From Deltaproteobacteria bacterium (GTDB lineage Bacteria > Desulfobacterota > Syntrophia > Syntrophales > Smithellaceae), in NCBI GenBank assembly GCA_037133255.1, contig JBAXON010000003.1, positions 1 through 37,735 on the forward strand: 37,735 nt of DNA, written 5' to 3'. How positions within the stretch are numbered: the first letter of the stretch is position 1; every line of letters starts with the position of its first letter. The notes beneath the pieces are model-generated. The model saw nothing but the letters and a program-made list of their open reading frames with translations. It had not been told where the DNA came from and made no database searches. The position numbers and the translations under genes were made by a program. Of the stretch, positions 19,183-28,702 are shown piece after piece.

Positions 19183-20628
19183 ATGCATTTACGAATTGCA
19201 TCACACGTTTGGGTACTTCCCCTTTTTCTCATCACGTTCTTCTTTCCCATCAACATTTTAGCTCAGCCAATAGACCGACCGCCTTCAGTGTCGACTCCGT
19301 TGGAAACCCAGACGGGCACAATCAATAACCAGCAGCTTGACAAGGAGAATGTTGAGAAGTTCCAAAAAATGAGTCCGGAAAAAGTCAGTGAGCTCAATAA
19401 GAAACTTGAAGAGGCTGTAAAGTTATACGACCAGAGAAAGTTTGGCCAAGCCCTGCCTATCTTCAAAGAAATAGCCGACCAAGTTGAAACCAGTAGCGTT
19501 CTTTGGTGGCTTGGAACAAGCGCCATGAACGTGGGGGAACACAATCTTGCCGTAGAAAAATTCAAAAAGATGTTGGTCGTTGATCCGAATTTACACCGGG
19601 TAAGGTTGGAACTTGCTGTCGCCTATTTCGAGCTTGCTCGTTACGAGGAAGCAAAAAAAGAACTGGAAATAGTTAAAGCTTCCACCCCGCCGGAGCCGGT
19701 TCAGAAAAACATTGATCAGTTACTGGCAGCCATTGAAGAGAAAACGAAAAGGGTTTCCTGGAATGTCAGATTTTCCCAGGGAATGATGTGGGATGACAAC
19801 ATCAACGGAGGCCCCAGTAACAGAGACCTGGCCGTGATCGGCGGCACCCTCACCCTGAATAATGAATCAACCAAAACGAATGATTGGGCTTCGGTCACCA
19901 GCATTTCTGGAAATGTACTTTATGATATAAAAAATTACGGCCTCATGTGGAACAGCACCGCCGACCTTTACTACAAAAACTATCTCAGCCATTCCCAGTT
20001 CAGCTACGGCGCACTGGATGTAACAACCGGTCCCTGGTGGACAAGCCGTCAGGATATTGTAAAGGTGCCTATTGGATATACGGAAAAGAATTACGGACAC
20101 GAACGTCTTTCCTATGTCTACCACGTTGATCCTAACTACGAACATTTTTTCGGCCAGTATTTCAGCCTGAAGGGCCAGTTTTCCTATGCTAAAGAAAATT
20201 ATTATTCCGAAAACAACTCAGATTTGAACAATATAAGCAAATCATATGAGATTGCGCCATCGTTTTACTTCTTCGACCGGCAGCACATCATTTCCCTCCT
20301 GGCGGGCTACACATTTTCTGACGCAGAGACCAAAAGATTCACCTATACGGCACCCTATTACGGAGTATCATATTTTACAAGATTTCCGACTAAAACAGAA
20401 TTCTTTGCCAGGTATCAGCGAACAGAAAAAAGCTATAAAGACGCACCGCTTCTTTACAGCGATGACCGTATAGATAGACAAGACAGCTTCACTGCCGTGT
20501 TGAGTCAGGAGTTCTTCAAATATTTTTTCGCATCTTTTGCATTCACCTATGTGAAGAATCAATCAAACGCAGACCTTTATACCTATGATCAGACGACTTA
20601 TATGCTCAACATTGGATTAAAATTTTAA
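19183..20628 (+). CDS. Slam/DUF560-type outer-membrane translocon (type 11 secretion system): TPR region plus beta-barrel
   Basis: Signal peptide, TPR ending RVRLELA..YF...YEEAK.E.......PP..V..NI..LL, DDNINGGP barrel start, Tyr-rich amphipathic strands, SNADLYTYD and terminal Phe; ATG 19183 follows GGAGG. Confidence 0.8.
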   Translation: MHLRIASHVWVLPLFLITFFFPINILAQPIDRPPSVSTPLETQTGTINNQQLDKENVEKFQKMSPEKVSELNKKLEEAVKLYDQRKFGQALPIFKEIADQVETSSVLWWLGTSAMNVGEHNLAVEKFKKMLVVDPNLHRVRLELAVAYFELARYEEAKKELEIVKASTPPEPVQKNIDQLLAAIEEKTKRVSWNVRFSQGMMWDDNINGGPSNRDLAVIGGTLTLNNESTKTNDWASVTSISGNVLYDIKNYGLMWNSTADLYYKNYLSHSQFSYGALDVTTGPWWTSRQDIVKVPIGYTEKNYGHERLSYVYHVDPNYEHFFGQYFSLKGQFSYAKENYYSENNSDLNNISKSYEIAPSFYFFDRQHIISLLAGYTFSDAETKRFTYTAPYYGVSYFTRFPTKTEFFARYQRTEKSYKDAPLLYSDDRIDRQDSFTAVLSQEFFKYFFASFAFTYVKNQSNADLYTYDQTTYMLNIGLKF

Positions 20629-20701
20629 GAATGTTGCATTCCACAAATGCAGCCAAACAGGTCATTACAGAAAATTTTAAGATAGTATGGAGGAAAAGAT
20701 T

Positions 20702-22456
20702 ATGAATAAAGATCGATCGATCACCTGCACGACTTTTACTGTTATCCTTATGATCATTATTTTATATACCGGAAGTGGATTGGCTCTGGCTCAGACCTCA
20801 CCTCCACTTAATACCAATGTGAATTTTACCATCTCTTATAGCATACCTGTAGAAGTTGGCAAAGAGAATAAGATCGGAGTGGGACAATGTGTAGACTTTG
20901 TAAAGGCAAGCCGTGAAGACTTAAAGCAATTAGGCGAATCAGTCGCATTTAAAAACCCGAAAAACATGATAGATCTCTTGAAAAATAATGGTTTTGCGGT
21001 TGACGCTATTCCCAGAGTAGGTGCTGCTCTGATAATGCCAAATAGTGCCAACGGAGTCGGTCACGTAGCACTTGTCACTGGGGTAGAACGCAAAGAGACT
21101 GGTGAATATGTCCTAACAATTGTTGATTCAAACGCTCGCGGAGAGGCTGTTTATAATGATGAAACAAAAGAAATTGTGAAAGGTGGTACTATTAGAGAGC
21201 GCCAGATAACTTACAATAATGGGACAACCCAAGAACAAGAAGGTAAATTTACAGGAACGCAGACTGGGGTACAGTTTGTTCAAGAAAAGGTAACGGTATT
21301 TGAGGATAAGAAAAATCAAGCAGCCAAGTATGTAATTAATGTTTTTAAAGAAAAAGTTGGAAGAACTCCAAGCGATAATGAACTAAATACTTATGCAGCA
21401 TTTATGCTTTCTGGCGACAAACAATCGGAGGCAAAACTTCAAAATAATATACAATCGGCTATGAAAACTAATACTGCAACATCGCCGCCACAGGCAAATT
21501 TGAACTCTCAAGGATTACTGGCAAAACTTAAGGACATGACATCTGATGTGTGGAATATGACTTTTGGCATTCCAATAGCCCAAGCCCCGACAATATCTCT
21601 CGGAATAAAAGAATCTTCGGAAAACGCTTGCGTGGCCCCAACCCAGACAACAAAAGCCGTTGATGAAAACCCTCCGTTTACCTCACAGGGGAATTACTGG
21701 GGGCATATGTCATGCATGTTGACAAAAAGTGGAACTTTAGAAGATGTTTACAGCACTCTTGGGCCTACGTATTTTGCCGCATCCGGCACTAGAGTGCCTA
21801 GTTACAATAGCAGTAGAGTCATGACCGTAAATGGCATCTCGAGTCCCCCACAAATCACCGCTTTAGAAACTTCTACAGGAGCCGTCACGGTTGGAATACC
21901 TGTGTCCATCGACATGCATGAATTAGGTAATAATTCTTACATGAGCTGGGGGTATTGGTTGCAAAACAGTGCCATGCAAGCGGGTGGAACTAACTATTAT
22001 GTCAATAACAGAGGCTTCTATTTAAGAGGGGATCCCACAACAAATGCACAGATGAATGATCTTATAGCTCATAATGTTTCAGGAACATATAGTGGTACTG
22101 CGAATGGAACATATTGGACAAATACAGGTGGTGCAAATATGGCAGGATCATTTAGCGCAAACGTTAATTTTGCTTCAAGATCTCTAAATAACATAAATAT
22201 GTCCATTTCTGGCGGTGGACATAGCGCATCAATCAGTGGTGCTACGGCAACGGCTTCCGGATCATCCAGTACCTTTATTGGCAATGCGAATGGACAATGG
22301 AAAATTGACGGAGCAACACTTGGATCATCTTCAACGAAAGACTTGAGAGGGGTAGTATTAGGACCAACCGGCAAAGCAGTTGGGGGCGGATTTGGCATGG
22401 GTCAGAGCCCAGCGACAACAGGGCTAGTGATAGGAATATTTCAAGGCACCAGGTAG
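20702..22456 (+). CDS. Secreted protein: CHAP-like peptidase domain, helical linker and TbpB-like C-terminal barrel (probable T11SS cargo)
   Basis: Signal peptide ALA-Q; GQCVDFVK...GHVALV...IVDSN; C-terminal SWGYW, TYSGTANG, ANVNFAS, G...GP.G..VGGGF and GIFQG motifs; ATG 20702 follows GGAGG. Confidence 0.75.
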   Translation: MNKDRSITCTTFTVILMIIILYTGSGLALAQTSPPLNTNVNFTISYSIPVEVGKENKIGVGQCVDFVKASREDLKQLGESVAFKNPKNMIDLLKNNGFAVDAIPRVGAALIMPNSANGVGHVALVTGVERKETGEYVLTIVDSNARGEAVYNDETKEIVKGGTIRERQITYNNGTTQEQEGKFTGTQTGVQFVQEKVTVFEDKKNQAAKYVINVFKEKVGRTPSDNELNTYAAFMLSGDKQSEAKLQNNIQSAMKTNTATSPPQANLNSQGLLAKLKDMTSDVWNMTFGIPIAQAPTISLGIKESSENACVAPTQTTKAVDENPPFTSQGNYWGHMSCMLTKSGTLEDVYSTLGPTYFAASGTRVPSYNSSRVMTVNGISSPPQITALETSTGAVTVGIPVSIDMHELGNNSYMSWGYWLQNSAMQAGGTNYYVNNRGFYLRGDPTTNAQMNDLIAHNVSGTYSGTANGTYWTNTGGANMAGSFSANVNFASRSLNNINMSISGGGHSASISGATATASGSSSTFIGNANGQWKIDGATLGSSSTKDLRGVVLGPTGKAVGGGFGMGQSPATTGLVIGIFQGTR

Positions 22457-22755
22457 CCGGGGCAAGGTGCTACCAATTAAAGATCAGTGTCAAGAGAGAA
22501 AAATATCCCCCGCGTAGAAATAATTTTGGGAGTTTTTGAGGATATCCAGATGTCTGTGTAACTTCCTATGCTACACAAAACGCGAGCCTTGCGATCGGCT
22601 GGAGGTTTGGCAATAATTAAATCGAATCGTCACTATTTATTTAATTTAGCAAAAGCGGATGTGTGCACCTCTCGCGGGATATCACATCGCATTCCCATTG
22701 AGTAAATTGAAATGAGGAACTCAACACTTTCCACTTGAGAGCTATAAAGATGCCC

Positions 22756-23493
22756 TTACTTTTCGACCCGTTTCATCATAGTGTCAATAACAGCGTTCGA
22801 GATCTTAGCTGCCTTTAGGGCTACGAGACCTGTGGTGGAAATGTCGAAATCGACTGACTTGGCTGTCTTGATCTTGGTGATGATCAAGTTGTCATCCAGT
22901 CCGACCTTTGCGAGGGAGATGATATCTTCGTTACGAAGAGCCTTCTCGTCGTTCTTTGTGTTTACACTACTTTCGGCGACTGGAGCAACGACCGATGCCG
23001 CCACGCCCTGCTTGAGGATCTCGGCCCTTTTCTTGTCTCTTGCTTCCTTGTAGCAGGTGTTATAGACAAAGCTAAAAATTCCGGAAAATGGCGTACAATT
23101 CTCACGAGACTCCTTACTGCTCCCACATCCGCATTCGTATGTGAACCTTGCGATATCAGCGGAATTGACCCAGGCCGTTATATACATGCCGCTCTCCTCC
23201 TTATTTGTAAAACCGGCGATATGAACTCGGCCATTCTCTTCTTCGAATATGAACTCAGGCTTAAAGATGCCCCTCGTAGTAATCCCGACAAAGCATTCGC
23301 CGATTTCTTCGAAATGGCCGTAAGCCTTGTCACTTGTCGAAGCTGCATAAGCCGGTACCTTGGGTGCGATGGTGCATCCACCGTCGCCTTTTCCTCCGGC
23401 GATTGCGGTAGCGGCGGAACAAAGAATGATGATCAGTGATAGGATGTAGGCTGTTGCCTGACGCATGATTTTTGATAAGGTATTGTTTTTCAT
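22756..23493 (-). CDS. Exported hypothetical protein, Cys-rich, with a small helical C-terminal domain
   Basis: Signal peptide AIA-G; C-terminal L.NEDII.L.K.GL....II.KI......FD.S..GL..LK.A.IS.AVI..M pattern; GGAGG RBS. Confidence 0.7.
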   Translation of the reverse strand: MKNNTLSKIMRQATAYILSLIIILCSAATAIAGGKGDGGCTIAPKVPAYAASTSDKAYGHFEEIGECFVGITTRGIFKPEFIFEEENGRVHIAGFTNKEESGMYITAWVNSADIARFTYECGCGSSKESRENCTPFSGIFSFVYNTCYKEARDKKRAEILKQGVAASVVAPVAESSVNTKNDEKALRNEDIISLAKVGLDDNLIITKIKTAKSVDFDISTTGLVALKAAKISNAVIDTMMKRVEK

Positions 23494-24232
23494 GGTACCC
23501 TCCTTTTGATAGTATTAATGCTTATTTTTATTTTGGTACTTTTTTGATAAATCCATTTCCATAGAATGATCCTACCCAACAATTAATATACCAAGTTGGT
23601 ATTTCCCGATATTTCGTGTAATCCTATATTAATTCAAAAAAAATGAAAAGAAATAAATGTGTTATAAAATCAAATATTATTGAACGCTTGCCAGTGGGTA
23701 TTTTGTGGTAATTAAGCCCAAAAGCCTAGTTGGGTAAAATATGGAAAAGTTGTCCAGCTACAACCAAATGCTTCGCAATACTAATTTATCATGGTCAATG
23801 ATTATTAGTTCTAATCATGTACTCATCGTCATAATTAAATTTTGACGACAACAGTCAACAAGGATTACCGTTTAAAATGATGTATTATCGCAAAAATCGC
23901 AGGATGCTTTATTTCAGCTATGTTTGTCTCCACACTTTCATTTACGCCTATAAAGCCTCATCCCATGTTTAAGTGTCATGAACATTCTATGCTCAGAAAA
24001 TATTGTCGGTTGCCCATGATAGCCCGGCTGCTAAGGATGATAGCAGCACATTCTTAAAATTTGTATCAGTCCTTAAAAATTGTGCCAGTTGAAGCGGACG
24101 TCAGCACCCCATATTTTACCATCCATAATTGCGGCAATTACGTCATCTTAACAATCAAACATGTGGGCTTTGCCTTCGCTTACCTACCTAACGTGCATTT
24201 AAATAACCCAAATATTAACAAAGCGTTAATGA

Positions 24233-24583
24233 TTAGTTGTCATGTATTATGAGTAGCTTTTCCAACAATGGTTTAAGTTCCGGCAACCGTTCCTGCGTAA
24301 CTTTCCATACAGTTTTCAAATCAACGCCCATATAATCATGAATGAGAACATCTCGCATACCGGCCATTTTATTCCATGGAATATCCTGATACTTTTGACG
24401 AACGGAATTTGGTATTCGTTTAGTGGCTTCTCCGAGGATTTCCAGGCTTCGAATAACCGCATTGATGGTTTTTTTGTCCTGCGCAAATGTGTCAAAAGAC
24501 ATGTCTTTGGTGAACGTTTCAATATCTGATATTGCAATCAATATATCGTGGATATAATCATACACTTCTCTCTTTTTATACAT
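24233..24583 (-). CDS. HepT-like (DUF86, HEPN) ribonuclease toxin
   Basis: AVIRSLEILGEA, IPW.KMAGMRDVLIHDY (R-x4-H-x-Y); ATG 24583 overlaps the MNT stop. Confidence 0.92.
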   Translation of the reverse strand: MYKKREVYDYIHDILIAISDIETFTKDMSFDTFAQDKKTINAVIRSLEILGEATKRIPNSVRQKYQDIPWNKMAGMRDVLIHDYMGVDLKTVWKVTQERLPELKPLLEKLLIIHDN

Positions 24584-24872
24584 ATTCGACCTCGGCGAGT
24601 ATGCGCTTTCCAAGATTAGGCTTAAGAGCTGATTCCATAACCAGATCAACTTTGGAGTTTAGTTGATTTTCCAGATATTCACGAAGATCAACAAATTCGA
24701 AAAGATCAATGTCGCGGTTGAATTTGACGAGAATGTCTATATCACTTCTCTTGCGTTGCTTCTCCCTGACGTAAGACCCAAATAGTCCAAGCCGCTGTAC
24801 TCCATAATGTAATTCCAACACCGGCTTACTGCTGCGAATAATTTCAATGATTTCCTTTTTTCCCATAAGCAC
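24576..24872 (-). CDS. MNT minimal nucleotidyltransferase antitoxin
   Basis: LFGSYVR......SDIDILV and KVDLV motifs; directly upstream of HepT. Confidence 0.92.
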   Translation of the reverse strand: MLMGKKEIIEIIRSSKPVLELHYGVQRLGLFGSYVREKQRKRSDIDILVKFNRDIDLFEFVDLREYLENQLNSKVDLVMESALKPNLGKRILAEVEYV

Positions 24873-24890
24873 ACCCCTATATTAATTGAC

Positions 24891-24919
24891 AATATAAGAA
24901 AAATAGATTGGTAAGTCAA
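24891..24919 (-). promoter_or_regulatory. Sigma70 promoter of the MNT-HepT pair
   Basis: Minus strand TTGACT, 17-bp spacer, TATATT; framed by the ATTGAC/GTCAAT inverted repeat at 24885-24920. Confidence 0.6.
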
Positions 24920-24935
24920 TGAAATTAATATCTCA

Positions 24936-26393
24936 TTAGTAGAAGATAAGAGTCATGACAATGAATAAGACCACAAGGATGGGTATGGAATATTTAAACA
25001 TATAGCCAAAGAAGCTGGGCATCTTCACACCTGCTTCCTCGGCAATGGATTTGACCATAAAATTGGGGGCATTACCGATGTAGGTATTTGCCCCCATAAA
25101 GACAGCGCCTGCTGATATGGCCATGAGGTAAGGAATTTTGTCCACAATCAGGCTGGCAACAGCTTGAGCTTCGGGCATACCGGGATAAAACTTGCCCAGT
25201 GCGCTATTAAAGAAGGTCAGGTAAGTTGGGGCGTTATCCAGAAAGCTGGAAAGAATTCCTGCCGCCCAGAAATAATGGGCAGGCGCACTGACTGATTTTA
25301 TCAGCCATGCAAGGGCTCCATTTTCGCCCGCTTTCAAAATAGCCAGCGCGGGAATAATTGTCATGAAGATGCCCGCAAACAAATAGGCCACCTCCGCAAT
25401 GGGAGCCCATGAAAAATCGTTCCCTTTTCTTGTTTCCGGTCTCGTAAATATAAGTGACAAAAATCCCATGGCGACCAAGATCGCATCTCGAATCAAGTTT
25501 TCTATAGTTTGAGAAATGCCGAAAATATTAACCTCACCCATACTGACCATTCCACTAAATAAAACTCCGCCGATTATTCCGGCAAGAAAGATAAAGTTTC
25601 GCGCCCCTTCAATTCTTAATGGCTCAACTTCAGATTGCTGTAGCGTTGATTTGTTTTCTTTTTTATACCAGTAGAAATCCATGATCAAATAAAACAAAAG
25701 AAGGAACGCGCTGGCAAAAGCCATCTGGGGAAATAAATTTAGCGTCCAGAAAAAGGGAACTCCATGCAAAAAACCCAGGAATAATGGCGGATCACCAAGC
25801 GGTGTAAGCGCACCGCCGATGTTGCTGACAAGAAAAATAAAAAATACTATTGTATGAACTCTATATCTTCTCCAGGAATTTGATCGCAATATCGGTCGGA
25901 TCAAAAGCATGGAAGCCCCGGTAGTCCCGATAACGGAGGCAAGAAGCGTTCCGATAAGAAGCAGCACGAAGTTAACCGCCGGGGTGCCTTTCAATGAGCC
26001 CTTTATATAAATGCCTCCAGAAACAGTAAATAGCGCCCACAAGAGAATAATAAAAGGTATGTAGTCAGCAAGAAAAATATGAGCTATCGAGTAAACGGCA
26101 GTGCCTTGAAAAAAATATAAAAATGGAATGGCCAGAGCCAGTGACCAGAATGCGGCCACTTTGGGGAAATGATGATGCCAGAAATGCGGAGTAAGCAGAG
26201 GCATTAAAGCAATGGAGAGTAAAATTCCAACAAAGGGAATTATTGACCACAGTGGCAAGATAGAACCAATATTGTTATGGTCTACAATTGTTGCTTCCGT
26301 GCCGGCAATGGCAATCGACGGGAGAATAGACAATAAAACAATTACCGGCAAAATATTACCAAGCCATCTCCATTTTCTCTTCAAAAGTCTCAA
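24936..26393 (-). CDS. Putative Na+/H+ antiporter or ion-transporter (IT) superfamily membrane protein
   Basis: Polytopic hydrophobic protein with IGTTGASMLL, SNIGGALTPLGDPPL, SFLDNAPTY and TYIGNAPNF motifs. Confidence 0.85.
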   Translation of the reverse strand: MRLLKRKWRWLGNILPVIVLLSILPSIAIAGTEATIVDHNNIGSILPLWSIIPFVGILLSIALMPLLTPHFWHHHFPKVAAFWSLALAIPFLYFFQGTAVYSIAHIFLADYIPFIILLWALFTVSGGIYIKGSLKGTPAVNFVLLLIGTLLASVIGTTGASMLLIRPILRSNSWRRYRVHTIVFFIFLVSNIGGALTPLGDPPLFLGFLHGVPFFWTLNLFPQMAFASAFLLLFYLIMDFYWYKKENKSTLQQSEVEPLRIEGARNFIFLAGIIGGVLFSGMVSMGEVNIFGISQTIENLIRDAILVAMGFLSLIFTRPETRKGNDFSWAPIAEVAYLFAGIFMTIIPALAILKAGENGALAWLIKSVSAPAHYFWAAGILSSFLDNAPTYLTFFNSALGKFYPGMPEAQAVASLIVDKIPYLMAISAGAVFMGANTYIGNAPNFMVKSIAEEAGVKMPSFFGYMFKYSIPILVVLFIVMTLIFY

Positions 26394-26413
26394 ACTAGAA
26401 GTCCTTTTCGCAA

Positions 26414-26827
26414 TTACTCATTTTCGGGAAATACCAGCACTGGCAAATTGATAGTCTCAATAATATCCTCGTCAGGGCTATCAAACAAAGCGTAATACAA
26501 TTTATTTCTGCGTTTATGTCCGGTTATTATTAAATCAATATTATTCTCTTCAGAATATTTTACGATTTCGGAATCGAGATCACCCTTGGAAACTGCATAT
26601 ATAATCTTTCCCTGTTCCAATAATTCGGCAGGGGCAATTTCTCTAACCTTCAGGGCTACAGCGTCTTCATGGTCCGTCGGATGACGATAACCGGCCTGGC
26701 TGTCATTAATATACAGTATATGAATTTGGGAGTTGAATATTTGTCCAAACTCTAAAGCCTTTATTAAAGATGAAAAATTATCCGAGTCCAGATCAATGGG
26801 ATATAAAATATTTTTAAAATTAATCAT
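26414..26827 (-). CDS. Universal stress protein (UspA family)
   Basis: FKNILYPID, IDLIITG and PVLV motifs. Confidence 0.85.
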   Translation of the reverse strand: MINFKNILYPIDLDSDNFSSLIKALEFGQIFNSQIHILYINDSQAGYRHPTDHEDAVALKVREIAPAELLEQGKIIYAVSKGDLDSEIVKYSEENNIDLIITGHKRRNKLYYALFDSPDEDIIETINLPVLVFPENE

Positions 26828-26869
26828 GGCTGTCTCCCTTTTTAACCCAACATGTGCGGGCTATACTTT

Positions 26870-27871
26870 TCAGTCTCTTATTCTCTTTTTCAACTCTTTG
26901 ATCAGCGAGCCTAGCAAGTCACTGGCGTCGGCCACAATGGCCACATCGGCCATTTTCATCATGGTTGCCTGTGGGTTTTTATTGACGGCGATAATGAAAT
27001 CGGCTTCTCCTAACCCGGCTGTGTGTTGAATCGCGCCGCTGATACCGAATGAAAAAAGTATTTTCGGTTTGATGTGTTTGCCTGCCTGTCCAACCAGAGC
27101 CTTATGATCTGCCCAGTTCGCATAGACAACCGGTCTTGTAGCACCGACATCGCCCCCCAGAAGTTTGGCCAATTCGTCGAGCTTTTTAAAATTCTTCTTA
27201 TTGCTCAATCCCCGGCCTCCGCAAACAATTACTGTTGCATTTTCTATCGTATGTTCCCTGACGACAGCCCTTTCATATTCAATAAGCCGTATGCGGGATT
27301 TAGACAGCTTCTCCATAAGCGGCAGACGCTCAACGATTGCTTTTCTTTCATAATTGTGGGGTATTTCCTTAAAAGTTCCGGGGCGCACTGTGGCCATCTG
27401 TGGGCGATAAATCTCTGTCACAATTTCTGCCAGCATATTTCCGCCAAAAGAGGGCGCGATTTGCAGCAGTAAGCCGTCATCTGTAATGTCCAGCCCCACA
27501 CAATCAGCAGACAATCCAGTGTTGAGTCTTTTGGCTAGCCTCGGCGCAAATTCCCGGCCAAAATCAGTTGCGCCAATCAGGATGATCTCCGGATCTCTTT
27601 CCCGCGCCAGTTTTTCAATTAGCGCCAGATAGTTTTCTGTGCTGTAGCTTTTGAGTGAGAGATGGTCAATTACCAGAATCCTGTCCGCACCGTGCGCTGT
27701 GTATTCCATAATCCATTCATCAACTTCATGCCCGAAAACAACAGCGCATACTTCCGCCGAAATTATGCGAGCCAGGTCAACTGCTTTGGAAAGCAGTTGC
27801 AGCGTCACGCGATTTTGAAAGTAATTGCGGTAATCGCCGAACACCCAGATGCTTTTTTGTTTTTTAGTCAT
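26870..27871 (-). CDS. etfA: Electron transfer flavoprotein alpha subunit
   Basis: TGLSADC, RPQMATVRPG, GGRG, GATRPVV and GISGAIQH motifs. Confidence 0.94.
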   Translation of the reverse strand: MTKKQKSIWVFGDYRNYFQNRVTLQLLSKAVDLARIISAEVCAVVFGHEVDEWIMEYTAHGADRILVIDHLSLKSYSTENYLALIEKLARERDPEIILIGATDFGREFAPRLAKRLNTGLSADCVGLDITDDGLLLQIAPSFGGNMLAEIVTEIYRPQMATVRPGTFKEIPHNYERKAIVERLPLMEKLSKSRIRLIEYERAVVREHTIENATVIVCGGRGLSNKKNFKKLDELAKLLGGDVGATRPVVYANWADHKALVGQAGKHIKPKILFSFGISGAIQHTAGLGEADFIIAVNKNPQATMMKMADVAIVADASDLLGSLIKELKKRIRD

Positions 27872-28697
27872 TGCCCGGCTCTTTTTCCTCTATTGTTTTG
27901 CCGATGGCGGCGCTGATTTTGTTTTCATATTTATTAAGAAAATCGCCAACCACAGCTGCCGCTGTTCCCGTCAAAATGACATTTTCCTTCTGGGCTTTGC
28001 GCAAATATACCTTGCGTACTCGTGTGCGGGAACATTGCCGCCCGATTGCAGGATCGCTTATCCCCAGAGCATCGGCATCATAGGTGTAGATATTGCCCTC
28101 GACAAAAGCGTTTTCCAATCCGGCAAGTGTTGTGTAGCGCGGCAGGTATTTTTCCATGGAAACAGTGACCAGCGCCGGAAATTCCATTTCCAGTGTTTCG
28201 CGGAAATTATCGACAATCCTGCGTACACGCAGTATGCTGCCTTTAATATCCATGTTTTCCGCGTAAGCCGCGGCAGGTATTTGAAGTTCTTCCGCCAGTT
28301 GGGGACCTACCTGTGCTGTTTCGCTGTCTGAGGTATAAGCACCGCAAAGAATAAGGTCATAGTGCGGACTCTCCTTTTTAATGGCAGTAGCCAGAAAGAA
28401 GGAAGTGGCGTAAGTATCGGAACCGGCAAAACGTTTATCAGAAATCAGAATCCCCCGATTGGCCCCCATGGCCAGAGCTTCGCGTAAGACTTCTTCGGCG
28501 GCAGGCGGTCCCATTGTCAGCACTGTGACCATCGCGCCGATTTTCTCTTGAATTTGCAGCGCCGCTTCCAGGGCATGCTTGCAGGCCGGATTAATCATAC
28601 CTGCGGCAAGATCTCGCCTGAGAGTGCCACTTTTTTCATCCCAGGGCAACTCGGTTACTCTAGGCACCTGTTTTATACACACAATAACATTCAACAT
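27864..28697 (-). CDS. etfB: Electron transfer flavoprotein beta subunit
   Basis: VCIKQVP, MGPP.A, FAGSDT.AT and DSETAQVGP motifs. Confidence 0.94.
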   Translation of the reverse strand: MLNVIVCIKQVPRVTELPWDEKSGTLRRDLAAGMINPACKHALEAALQIQEKIGAMVTVLTMGPPAAEEVLREALAMGANRGILISDKRFAGSDTYATSFFLATAIKKESPHYDLILCGAYTSDSETAQVGPQLAEELQIPAAAYAENMDIKGSILRVRRIVDNFRETLEMEFPALVTVSMEKYLPRYTTLAGLENAFVEGNIYTYDADALGISDPAIGRQCSRTRVRKVYLRKAQKENVILTGTAAAVVGDFLNKYENKISAAIGKTIEEKEPGND

Positions 28698-28702
28698 AAT
28701 TT

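Noticed and set aside
23740-24232. Pseudogene or small ORF (24061-24252) in the gap beside HepT
   Set aside because: The frames I examined gave no recognisable protein similarity or RBS.
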